DNA of 64,000 nt from Escherichia phage LH01, in sequence record PP434429; one strand, given 5' to 3'. Positions 26,586 to 35,493 of the stretch are shown in pieces. The position numbers were made by a program, and so were the translations under genes. Each line of letters starts with the position of its first letter. Positions within the stretch are counted from its first letter, which is position 1. The notes under the pieces were generated by a model. The model was given only the letters and a program-made list of their open reading frames with translations. It had not been told where the DNA came from and did no database searches.

Positions 26586-27751
26586 TCCGGGTACCTCAAA
26601 GCGTCATCAGAGTTAGTTATATCAATAATAGATATGGAGTTTTCTGCTAACCCGTTTTTAGATAATTGACGTTTATAATACCTTTCACAATATGTACACG
26701 TTGACCCACAGATTTCATTAGCACAATCAAAATCTGGATGTCTGAACCACCTTTTTTCTAAAAAGCCATCTAACAAAGAGGTTTCAATATTTACTGTATG
26801 TGAAAACTCAGTCTCATTTTCAAGAGTGAAAATAGTCTCTAAAGGCTTCCACAGTTCTAACAAATTACCTTCAAACTTTTCAGAAGCGTATGCTTCAAGA
26901 ACTTTCAAAATGTAGTCTGTGCTACCTGTACGTCCTGAAACTTTGAATTGAGTGATACCAATATCATTATAAAGTTTCAAATCTTGAGGACGAACAAAAC
27001 GAGTTCTCAACCAGTTAAATGGGTCTGTATCACGAGCTTTAATGCAGTGTTGCATTGGATATCCATTTAAGGATTTAGCATCATCAGCTGTAACATCAGT
27101 ACTATGGAAAATATAGCAAGAGTCACGATAACTGCAATGTGTTGTATACCCTTTACCAGCATTAGAACAGAACTCATTTACAAGAACTTCAAATATTATA
27201 TTGTTCTTATTGCAAAACTCTGCTGCACGCTTCAGGAAAGAAACTGAACGGTTCTTATGAATTCCACAGCAGACCTTTTTGATATTGTATTGGTCATGTA
27301 AGTATTTTATTTGAGTTACAGCATCGACATGTAGAATTGTTGAAACTTCAATCTCAATGTCTTTATTGACTTCACGAACAATTTCCATAACAACAGGGTT
27401 AGCGATAGTAATACGCCATACGCCTATTGACCAAAGATACTGAACATAATCCTGAATAGCTTTCTTCTTCCACTCGACTAGTTCTCTTTTTGAACCAGGA
27501 TTTATCGTGTTGAGTGTATAGTTAAAGCAAATACCTAATTCGTTACAACGTTTAACGTAATCTTCTAACATCTTTTTGTCAACGTCAGGAAGCCTAAAAT
27601 CAGGTCTGGCTGCTACAAAAGCCATTTCTCTTGTAGAGCCGTATACTTCGTTTATCAAGCTGTTAGGATAAGTTTTATTGAGCTCTACGATTTTATCAAG
27701 AAGAGCTAAATCAAAATTCGTTCCGATTTTAAAAGTATTCATTTTTTGCAT
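26582..27751 (-). CDS. Cys-rich protein of unknown function (candidate modification enzyme)
   Basis: 389-aa ORF; C-terminal CGSTCTYC (CxxxCxxC) plus further conserved-looking Cys; no confident family call. Confidence 0.55.
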   Translation of the reverse strand: MQKMNTFKIGTNFDLALLDKIVELNKTYPNSLINEVYGSTREMAFVAARPDFRLPDVDKKMLEDYVKRCNELGICFNYTLNTINPGSKRELVEWKKKAIQDYVQYLWSIGVWRITIANPVVMEIVREVNKDIEIEVSTILHVDAVTQIKYLHDQYNIKKVCCGIHKNRSVSFLKRAAEFCNKNNIIFEVLVNEFCSNAGKGYTTHCSYRDSCYIFHSTDVTADDAKSLNGYPMQHCIKARDTDPFNWLRTRFVRPQDLKLYNDIGITQFKVSGRTGSTDYILKVLEAYASEKFEGNLLELWKPLETIFTLENETEFSHTVNIETSLLDGFLEKRWFRHPDFDCANEICGSTCTYCERYYKRQLSKNGLAENSISIIDITNSDDALRYPE

Positions 27752-27797
27752 CTCGCGTTAATTGATGCGATGGTTTTTGCAGGTCTTACTTAAATTA

Positions 27798-28184
27798 TTA
27801 TAGATTCGGTTTATATGATTTAAATGTTTCGAATTCGCCTTTATTCATAAGAGCTTTGAATTCGTCAGGACGCATAGCTTTGTCGTCGATAATCCAATCA
27901 TATACTGGTTTATGTGTTAGCAAATTATGGTACTTCAAGCCAATGTTTGCCAAGTTCTGAATCAGACTTGGGAGAATGTCAATTGCTATACGACCAGGAC
28001 CTACTGACTTCATACCACGAGCAGTGTAAAGCGTTATGGTATGCCCTGCATCATACAGGGCATTAATGGCAGACACCATTTCGACGTCTGGTTTGAAGTT
28101 CACGTAATCACGATTGTTATTCCACTCTGTTATACAATCATCGACATCAAAACAAAGATTAAGCATGTTTTCTACACGGTGCAT
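27798..28184 (-). CDS. HAD-superfamily phosphatase (small, KdsC-like size)
   Basis: start at ATG for MHRVENMLNLCFDVDDCIT (HAD motif I DxDx[T/C]); later LYTARG and DWIIDDKA motifs; ATG overlaps the upstream stop. Confidence 0.6.
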   Translation of the reverse strand: MHRVENMLNLCFDVDDCITEWNNNRDYVNFKPDVEMVSAINALYDAGHTITLYTARGMKSVGPGRIAIDILPSLIQNLANIGLKYHNLLTHKPVYDWIIDDKAMRPDEFKALMNKGEFETFKSYKPNL

Positions 28185-29869
28185 TAGATTCGTTCCCATT
28201 GATGAGTGATATCGCCACCGATTGGACGATAGGAAACACCAGTTTCTTTATCAGTTAGTACCCATTTACCAGGATTTTTTGTAATCAGAGTAGCCGTTAC
28301 AGGTTCTGCTACGTCATAACTAATAGAGCCGTCTTGAAGTACACGGCCCATGTTGCGTAATTGCTTAGTCAGAAGTTCCATACCTTTATAATATGCGGCT
28401 ACCGCTTTAAGTGGATTATTCTTGAAATAACCACCTAATGCAATCCAGATAATTGCCACCGCCAAATGATGATACTCGTTAAACGAACTCATCTTTCCAT
28501 ATTTGTAAATTAATGGATTGATGTTAATAGTCACATTACAAGTTGTTTCATCAATAGTAAACTGTCCCCAGGTCGGATTAGCATTGAATTCATCATAACC
28601 TGAAACGGCATAAAGCACTTTAGCTTCATCATACAATTTTGGCCCGTAAATCTTGGTTTCGCCAAAATATCCACGAGGGTCGATAAACTTGACTTCGCCG
28701 TTATCAGTAATCATAGTATTACTGAAGTTCGGGTCACCATGAATAACAGAGTACTGTCCCTGAGAACGATTATGATAACGAATAAGGTGTTCTAAAGCTT
28801 GTTTCAGCATTGGCTTCAGACGTCCAATCTTAGTGTAGTTCACATGTGTGATTTTACCAAATGAATCAATCAATGGTTGAATACTTTCACAACGATCAAT
28901 AACTTTCGTATAGAATTCTTTAGTGAAATCACGACGAACAGTTTCAGGACTTACAAAATACGTGTCTGTGCTGAATTTCAGTGCATCTAAAATTGCATCA
29001 ACAATTTGTGGACGAGCAAGACTTGATTTGGATTTAATATATTCAAATGCCGGCTTACCTTTAATGCGTTCCATTTCAAAGTTATTTTCATTAACAGAAA
29101 CTAACTGAGGAACTGAATCTGATTTCACTTTCAAATACCACGAAATCTCATCTTTCTGAAGAGCTCGTCCCTGTTCGGTTAATGCGAATTTAGTTACAGT
29201 TTCTTCACCAATTTCAACTGCATTAAAACTACGATTAAGTTCACGAACTTCATGAGCTTTTTCAAGTTTAGGCATATCACCTAAATCAATTAGATTCATA
29301 AGCTCTGATTTATTGAATGCGCCGCTGTAAAGGAATTCTACGAAATCACGTCCTTTGCAGTATTCATGAATTTCCTCATCGGTAGAACCCATATAGAATT
29401 CCCAGTCTTTGAACTGATAAATTCCTACAACATTACCACCTGTTGAACCTACGTTAGTGATATTTTCACCGTCGAAATTATACCGACATTCGTCACCCTT
29501 AACATAGATTGCGTTAACATTCCAAGACCATGAACCAAAATCAGGAATAATATCACACCAGTTAACAATTACATTATGGCCATCTAAATCTTTGTGTAAT
29601 TTAGCAAGAGCATAAGCAGAACCATACGCTTCATCAACTGTACGAATAGTCACATTGAACCCTTCTTGCTCACAATAAGCTCGAACAGTTTCAGCAAATT
29701 TTGAATGAACTACTACAATAATTTCATCTGCGCCAAGGTCAGAATAAATTGTATACAAATTGCTCAGAATAGTGTCTTGTTTATAGTTAACAAGCACCTT
29801 AGGAATATGATGCGTTATTGGATACAAACGAGTTGCCAGTCCAGCACCAAGAATAACAGCTTTTTTCAT
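28184..29869 (-). CDS. bifunctional sugar-1-phosphate nucleotidyltransferase / sugar kinase (APH-ChoK-like)
   Basis: 561-aa ORF; N-terminus ILGAGLATRLYPIT...PKVLV (NTP-transferase signature); C-terminus VIHGDPNFSNTMI...FIDPRGYFG (Brenner HGD-N and DFG-like motifs of APH/choline-kinase fold). Confidence 0.75.
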   Translation of the reverse strand: MKKAVILGAGLATRLYPITHHIPKVLVNYKQDTILSNLYTIYSDLGADEIIVVVHSKFAETVRAYCEQEGFNVTIRTVDEAYGSAYALAKLHKDLDGHNVIVNWCDIIPDFGSWSWNVNAIYVKGDECRYNFDGENITNVGSTGGNVVGIYQFKDWEFYMGSTDEEIHEYCKGRDFVEFLYSGAFNKSELMNLIDLGDMPKLEKAHEVRELNRSFNAVEIGEETVTKFALTEQGRALQKDEISWYLKVKSDSVPQLVSVNENNFEMERIKGKPAFEYIKSKSSLARPQIVDAILDALKFSTDTYFVSPETVRRDFTKEFYTKVIDRCESIQPLIDSFGKITHVNYTKIGRLKPMLKQALEHLIRYHNRSQGQYSVIHGDPNFSNTMITDNGEVKFIDPRGYFGETKIYGPKLYDEAKVLYAVSGYDEFNANPTWGQFTIDETTCNVTININPLIYKYGKMSSFNEYHHLAVAIIWIALGGYFKNNPLKAVAAYYKGMELLTKQLRNMGRVLQDGSISYDVAEPVTATLITKNPGKWVLTDKETGVSYRPIGGDITHQWERI

Positions 29870-29910
29870 GTTGTGGTCCTCATTGGTAAGTAGGAGTATT
29901 GTACACTATT

Positions 29911-30054
29911 CTAGTTAAAGCATTCATACTTTGCTTGTAGTCCAATCATAGTCCATCCGATTATAAGAGTCGGAATCATTACTGGAGCCGTTAAGCTCCA
30001 GTAGATAGTCATGACAAGCATCAATAGTAAAAGTCCTATTGTTATTGCTTTCAT
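29911..30054 (-). CDS. small membrane protein
   Basis: 47-aa ORF below the track threshold (MKAITIGLLLLMLVMTIYW...); ATG overlaps the SIS gene stop (ATGA). Confidence 0.35.
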   Translation of the reverse strand: MKAITIGLLLLMLVMTIYWSLTAPVMIPTLIIGWTMIGLQAKYECFN

Positions 30055-30686
30055 TGCTCGCCTCGTAACATGGCACCTAGTGCACCGCCTGGATGGAACT
30101 TAAGGAAATCATTAGAGGTAAATCCACGTTCAGACGAAAGGTTGATAGCAAAAGTATCGATAAGCGCTAACAATAATGTAGTGGACATAGTCGGAGCCAG
30201 AGAATTCTCATCAACCTCTACTGCGATGCCTGTACAGAACGTATAATCAAAAAGAGCTTCGTATTCTTGTGGAATGTCTGGGTTACAATGCAACAGAATC
30301 TGTTTGACGTTCGGACGAATCATTTTAAGATGCTTAGCCACGCCTATCATTTCTTCAGTTTTACCAGAACGACTAATATGAATCAACACATCATTAGGCG
30401 CAATGAATCCTGCATCACCGTGAGAATAATGCCCAGTGTTCAAGTACATACTCGGGATACCGAGTGAAGCAAATGTCTCAGAAGCTTTAGTTGCAATATT
30501 AGCATTCTTACCAACACCTGTAATAATTACTCGGCTTTCATAATTACTAAGTCCAGGGCGTCGAAGAGTTTCTAGAATAGCATTATAACGAGCAGGGTTT
30601 TGACTAATTACTTTGGCCATAGCGGCCAAAGAAGAAGCTTGTTTTATGATTGCGTCAATAGCGATATTAATAGGAGTAGTTTTCAT
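30051..30686 (-). CDS. SIS-domain sugar-phosphate isomerase, KdsD/GutQ-type (single domain)
   Basis: 211-aa ORF; ITGVGKNANIATKA...HGDAG...ISRSGKTEE...APTMSTT...HPGGALG matches the arabinose-5-phosphate isomerase SIS pattern; no CBS domains. Confidence 0.75.
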   Translation of the reverse strand: MKTTPINIAIDAIIKQASSLAAMAKVISQNPARYNAILETLRRPGLSNYESRVIITGVGKNANIATKASETFASLGIPSMYLNTGHYSHGDAGFIAPNDVLIHISRSGKTEEMIGVAKHLKMIRPNVKQILLHCNPDIPQEYEALFDYTFCTGIAVEVDENSLAPTMSTTLLLALIDTFAINLSSERGFTSNDFLKFHPGGALGAMLRGEQ

Positions 30687-30726
30687 ATTTCTCTCATTTA
30701 ATTAGTTTACCGTCCATGGCATTATA

Positions 30727-33438
30727 TCAAAAATCGAACATATCGAAGAGAGATGCTTTCTTCTCGTAATCGAGTTTCGCTGCTGATGTGAATCCTTCAA
30801 GTGGTTTAATAAATGTCTTCTCAAGGAGAACAGTGTAGTCCATCCAATGAAGTACGTCGTCTTTAATTAAATCTGTGATTTCAGTACCAGAAGGCCATGC
30901 GATACATTTATCACCGAATGGGTTTCCTTCACGTAAAGGCAGAACATATACTTTTTCACCTTCTACAACTTGTGGAGCATCAATATTACCTTTGATAGCT
31001 CGGTTATATGTCAGAATTCCACGAATATGGAACGGACATTTAGGACCAGGGAATCCACCAACGTCATATTTAGCAATGTTATTCGCAGAAGATACCGACG
31101 CGATGCTAATATAATTCAATTGACGGAATTCTTTTTCAAACTCTTTAAAATATTCTTGTAATGATTCTTCACCTTCTTGAAGCATACGGCGAATACATTC
31201 TTTAAGAGCTTTCTGTACTGCTTTAGGGGTCGAAGATTTCTGTGTTTCGAGACCCATGATTTTGAGTTTAGGCTCAGCGTATCTGGTTCCTTCCATATCC
31301 CACACGTTTAATGCATAACGTTTCTTACCAGTCCAGAATCCGCCAATACCTTTAGAACCGAGTGGAGGACCAGCGATAGCTTCTCGGTCCATGAACATTA
31401 AGTGTTGTTTATTGTTCATGTATTCACACATTTCACGGAAACCTCTATCAATAGCCGGTTCCATACGTTCACGAGCGAACTTATCTAAGAAGTCTACCCA
31501 ATGGTTGGTATCACGGAATTTAGATTCACCAACCTTATCAATAATTTTATCTGCAGATACGTAAATAGAGTCTGTATCACCATAAAGAACGAAAGCTTCA
31601 CCTTCTGTACCACAAACTTCGTTCAGATATTCATTAACTTTACGTTCAATCCACTGTAAAGCCATTTGCCCGAATGTTGTGATTGCAGTAGCATTACGCA
31701 AATCATAATAACGGAACCAAACGTTGCCAAGTGCACCATAAAGTGAGTTGATAAGCAATTTACGGTTAATTTGTGCAGTCATACCTGCAACTTCAGTACG
31801 TTGAGCTCTAAACAACATTTCATTAAGAGATTTAGCAGACAACTTTTTAATCTTTTCTTTAATCTCATCGCTGAAGTCGAAACGATAATCAACATCTAAT
31901 GGTTCGTCAACAGAAAGATTAGGATTATGCAATGCCTCTTTAATTATTTCACCATTACGTTGAGCAGCAAGCATATAACCTTTATGTTCTTTACGTTGAT
32001 TAAAGACTTTAGTGATTTCGGTTGGAACTACACCATCACGGTCTTTATAATACATCATGCCGTTAGGAGAACAACTGTACACATCTGAAGGACGTTCAGC
32101 GATTGCGTTAATATAATCATGCAGTGGAGCTACTTTAAACGTTCCTGCTATTGTTTCCGGGCTAATATTCACTTGGCGAATAATACTTGGATACAGGGAT
32201 GTAAGGTCGAAACTCATTACATATTTGTATCGATTTGGAATAGGTTCCTTAACAAAAGCACCGGGATAAGGTTGAACCGGGTGAGAACGACCTTGTGGAA
32301 TCACCTTGCTCTGCTCTTTAAGGCTATTAAAAATAATAGCATCCCATGTTTTAATTGGGCTAAACACAGATTGAATCTGTATCTTAGCATAATAACCCAT
32401 GTCCAAACTCAAGTTGATGAACTGACGCTTAGCATCAATTTGCAATACACGATACACGTCGATAATGTTATAAGAAATATACCGTTGGTGATTGCTTTCA
32501 CGAAGCTTAGAAATAGGGCCGTCATATTTCAGTTTACCAACGTTCAATTCAAATTCTGAAATGTAATCCAGAGAATACGACGGTTGATTGGTAAAAGAGA
32601 ATTTTTTGTAAAGGTCGATATAATCAAGAACAGAGATACCGAACAATGTAATGATTTCACGAGAACCATACATGTTTTCGATAACTTTAACACGAGTTTT
32701 ACGATGTGGTGATAAACGTTTCGCAGTAGATTCGCCAAAAATATTCTTGATTCGGTTATACACATATGGAATATCAAATGACTCAACGTTCCATCCAGTC
32801 AAAATGACAGGAGTTTTCTGTTGCCAGAAGTTGAGATATTCCATCAACAATTCTTTTTCGTTATCGAACGGCATATAAATGATTTTATCGATAATTTCGG
32901 ATGGAACTTCATCACCACCTTGTTCTTGAAGCTTAGCCGCAATTTCGATAGACCATTCTTCTACATTACCGTATGGAGAATTCAAAAGGTCAAATACATA
33001 AAACCTGTCATCAATTGAGTCATAATGGGTGATAGCATCAATCGGATGTTTTGCTTGTGACGGCTCAGGGAACCCGTCCGGAGATGTTACTTCGATGTCG
33101 AAGTTAGCCACACGAATTTTTGTATGGTCGTATTTGATTTCATAGTTATAAGTGTCAGACAAATACGCCAATTTGAAATCGTCCATGCCAAGTGCTTCAA
33201 GTCCGATATCTTCCATGCGTTTAATCCATTGGGAGGCATCACGCATATTAGCGAACAACTTACGAGTGCACGGCTTACCGTAGATATCGAAATATTTCGT
33301 AGCCTGACTTTCTGGACAATGAGCAAACAGTGATGGTTTATATTCTACTTCACGAGTACGTTCACGGCCATTAGAATCGATGTAACGTTCAAAAATTGAA
33401 TCACCAATCTGTTCAACCGTTAGGTAAAATTCTTTCAT
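30727..33438 (-). CDS. 43: DNA polymerase (family B) with 3'-5' exonuclease
   Basis: 903-aa ORF; exo motifs (FDIEV, YNIIDV), pol motifs DLTSLYPSII, KxxxNSLYG, YGDTDS; sequence reads like RB69 gp43 from memory. Confidence 0.95.
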   Translation of the reverse strand: MKEFYLTVEQIGDSIFERYIDSNGRERTREVEYKPSLFAHCPESQATKYFDIYGKPCTRKLFANMRDASQWIKRMEDIGLEALGMDDFKLAYLSDTYNYEIKYDHTKIRVANFDIEVTSPDGFPEPSQAKHPIDAITHYDSIDDRFYVFDLLNSPYGNVEEWSIEIAAKLQEQGGDEVPSEIIDKIIYMPFDNEKELLMEYLNFWQQKTPVILTGWNVESFDIPYVYNRIKNIFGESTAKRLSPHRKTRVKVIENMYGSREIITLFGISVLDYIDLYKKFSFTNQPSYSLDYISEFELNVGKLKYDGPISKLRESNHQRYISYNIIDVYRVLQIDAKRQFINLSLDMGYYAKIQIQSVFSPIKTWDAIIFNSLKEQSKVIPQGRSHPVQPYPGAFVKEPIPNRYKYVMSFDLTSLYPSIIRQVNISPETIAGTFKVAPLHDYINAIAERPSDVYSCSPNGMMYYKDRDGVVPTEITKVFNQRKEHKGYMLAAQRNGEIIKEALHNPNLSVDEPLDVDYRFDFSDEIKEKIKKLSAKSLNEMLFRAQRTEVAGMTAQINRKLLINSLYGALGNVWFRYYDLRNATAITTFGQMALQWIERKVNEYLNEVCGTEGEAFVLYGDTDSIYVSADKIIDKVGESKFRDTNHWVDFLDKFARERMEPAIDRGFREMCEYMNNKQHLMFMDREAIAGPPLGSKGIGGFWTGKKRYALNVWDMEGTRYAEPKLKIMGLETQKSSTPKAVQKALKECIRRMLQEGEESLQEYFKEFEKEFRQLNYISIASVSSANNIAKYDVGGFPGPKCPFHIRGILTYNRAIKGNIDAPQVVEGEKVYVLPLREGNPFGDKCIAWPSGTEITDLIKDDVLHWMDYTVLLEKTFIKPLEGFTSAAKLDYEKKASLFDMFDF

Positions 33439-33485
33439 TTAATTTCCTTTAGACGAGTTATTGTCTTTTGTTTGTTTATGAACTT

Positions 33486-33515
33486 ATTATACTCCAAATG
33501 GGACCGAAGTCCCAT
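33486..33515 (-). promoter_or_regulatory. -10 TATAAT element preceded by C(UUCG)G hairpin upstream of gene 43
   Basis: ATGGGAC(UUCG)GUCCCAT hairpin immediately upstream of TATAAT, about 48 nt before ATG 33438. Confidence 0.35.
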
Positions 33516-33519
33516 TGCT

Positions 33520-33888
33520 TTAATTACCAATTGTATATTTTGCTTTCAAAGTCCAGTCATCTTTCTGTTTAAAAGAGATAACACGGAAGTTATTAGTCAG
33601 GCTAAATAGATCTTCACGAGCAGAGTCTTCAATAATAATTAACCCCCAGTCTTCAAGCAACTGAGCAATCGAATCACGTCGCTGATAGTCTTCACCGTCG
33701 ATATCAACCTGACGTCCGTCCATACGCAGCATTTCTTTAAAGTGGACGATGTAATATTTACCTTGCTTTTGGAGGATATGACAAGACTGGTAAAGGACTT
33801 TATCCTTGTTATTAGCGATGCCCATACGGGTCAAAGTCTCTTTGACTTTCAGAAAATCTTCAGGGTTCTTCAATTTAATTTCAATCAT
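33520..33888 (-). CDS. regA: RegA translational repressor
   Basis: start at ATG for MIEIKLKNPEDFLKVKETLTRMGIANNKDKVLYQSCHILQK...; strongly conserved RegA sequence and position after 62. Confidence 0.85.
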   Translation of the reverse strand: MIEIKLKNPEDFLKVKETLTRMGIANNKDKVLYQSCHILQKQGKYYIVHFKEMLRMDGRQVDIDGEDYQRRDSIAQLLEDWGLIIIEDSAREDLFSLTNNFRVISFKQKDDWTLKAKYTIGN

Positions 33889-33890
33889 TT

Positions 33891-34454
33891 TTACCATTCC
33901 AATGCTAATTTTTTAAATTGTTTTTGTTCTTTTACGTTTTTAGTAACTTCTTTGAGAAACTCATCAGTGACCATGGCCTTCAGTTCTTTAAGGACTATTG
34001 GCAACTTGTTATTTTTTTCAAGGAGCCGCTTATACTCGGTAGCATCATTCATGTTGATTGTGTAATGTTTCATCAACAGTTTGATAACTAGTAACTCTGA
34101 AGTGTCTTCGACTAGTTTAGCCCATTTAGAGAATCGACGACCACGCGGAATTGCCGCCATCATATAGTTGAAGTGCGCTTCATCACTTAATTCAGAACCG
34201 ACTAAGTTCATCATGTAAACAGCTGGCATACATTCTGGGAACTGGGATAATGAGTTCTCAACCATAAATTTTGAGTAGTCGACCTGAGCAATTGACATAG
34301 GTTTCTTTTCATTAATAGCATTAATGATTTTAAAGAATTCGTTCTCAGGTTTTTCTTTAAACATATCAGCACATTTTTGAATCGCATCAGCGTCATTAGA
34401 CTTCCATGCAATTTGGTGCTCGTTAAGCTGGACGTCATCATCGAATAAGTTCAT
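33891..34454 (-). CDS. 62: clamp-loader small subunit
   Basis: 187-aa ORF; conserved ...[11 protein letters not shown]...LKKLALEW as recalled for T4 gp62; upstream of regA. Confidence 0.85.
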   Translation of the reverse strand: MNLFDDDVQLNEHQIAWKSNDADAIQKCADMFKEKPENEFFKIINAINEKKPMSIAQVDYSKFMVENSLSQFPECMPAVYMMNLVGSELSDEAHFNYMMAAIPRGRRFSKWAKLVEDTSELLVIKLLMKHYTINMNDATEYKRLLEKNNKLPIVLKELKAMVTDEFLKEVTKNVKEQKQFKKLALEW

Positions 34455-34455
34455 A

Positions 34456-35418
34456 TTATTTCCAAGTCAGTTCGCAGGTCAGTTGAAGAAGCATATACAT
34501 AACATGTAATTCAATATTACTTGCTAGTCCATGAAACTTATTGTTTTCGCCTGCAATTTCGTAAAGCGAAATAATACTTTTACCAGGTGCAACTTGGTCA
34601 TAACATTCTGAAACTAATTTATCGATGAACCATGAATAATCTGCAGCATATTTTGGAGCTAATGCACGAAGCTGTTTAATATCTTTGTTCTTCATTGCTT
34701 CGATAACATCAGAGACTGTGCCACGGTCATTAGTTACGATAGACAAAATACCTGCATCAAGAACACCTTTAGACGAGTATTGGTCTAATTGTCCAATTGT
34801 ACGACGAAAGTCCGGGAAGTTCTTTTTAACCAGAGCTGCAACAACTTTCATATCAGCGATTTCGATATTTTCGTTCTTACAGATTTCAACCATACGATGA
34901 ATCATTTTCTTCATCATCGAGATTTTATCTTCTTCGGTTGGACGTCCGAATTCGATAACTCGACAACGGCTACGTAATGGTTCAATAATTCCATCAATAT
35001 TGTTAGCAGTGATAATAATAGAGCAGTTACTAGAGAATTCTTCCATGAATGTACGAAGGTGACGTTGTGATTCGGCGAGGCCACTACGGTCAAATTCATC
35101 AATAACAATAACTTTAGGCTTGCCTTCCATTGAGACTGAACGAGCGAATGCAGTTAACGGACCACGCACAAAATCAATCTTACAATCAGAACCGTTGACG
35201 AACATCATTTCGGCATTGATATCATTACATAATGCTTTTGCCACGGTTGTTTTACCTGTACCAGGAGAAGGAGAGTGCAAAATAATATGAGGAAGTTTTC
35301 CTTTAGATACTAAAGACTTGAACGTTTCATGGTCATACGCAGGCAGAATACATTCGTCAATGGAAGAAGGACGATATTTCTGTTCTAGAATGTGTTCTTT
35401 GGAATTGATAGTAATCAT
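34456..35418 (-). CDS. 44: clamp-loader large subunit (AAA+ ATPase)
   Basis: 320-aa ORF; Walker A SPGTGKTT, Walker [12 protein letters not shown]-like LRSRC. Confidence 0.9.
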   Translation of the reverse strand: MITINSKEHILEQKYRPSSIDECILPAYDHETFKSLVSKGKLPHIILHSPSPGTGKTTVAKALCNDINAEMMFVNGSDCKIDFVRGPLTAFARSVSMEGKPKVIVIDEFDRSGLAESQRHLRTFMEEFSSNCSIIITANNIDGIIEPLRSRCRVIEFGRPTEEDKISMMKKMIHRMVEICKNENIEIADMKVVAALVKKNFPDFRRTIGQLDQYSSKGVLDAGILSIVTNDRGTVSDVIEAMKNKDIKQLRALAPKYAADYSWFIDKLVSECYDQVAPGKSIISLYEIAGENNKFHGLASNIELHVMYMLLQLTCELTWK

Positions 35419-35493
35419 GTAATTTTCCTCATTATCATTAATCTGGAGGATTTCTCCTCCATAATCATACTACATTAAACGTAAAGCTTTGTC

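Noticed and set aside
26582-27751. Assignment of the 389-aa Cys-rich protein to the U32 peptidase (RlhA/UbiU-like) family
   Set aside because: The U32 signature E-x-F-x2-G-[SA]-h-C-x4-G-x-C-x-h-S is not matched convincingly; left as unknown.
32119-33333. Multiple plus-strand and alternate-frame ORFs inside the DNA polymerase gene
   Set aside because: Nested within the best-supported gene in the window.
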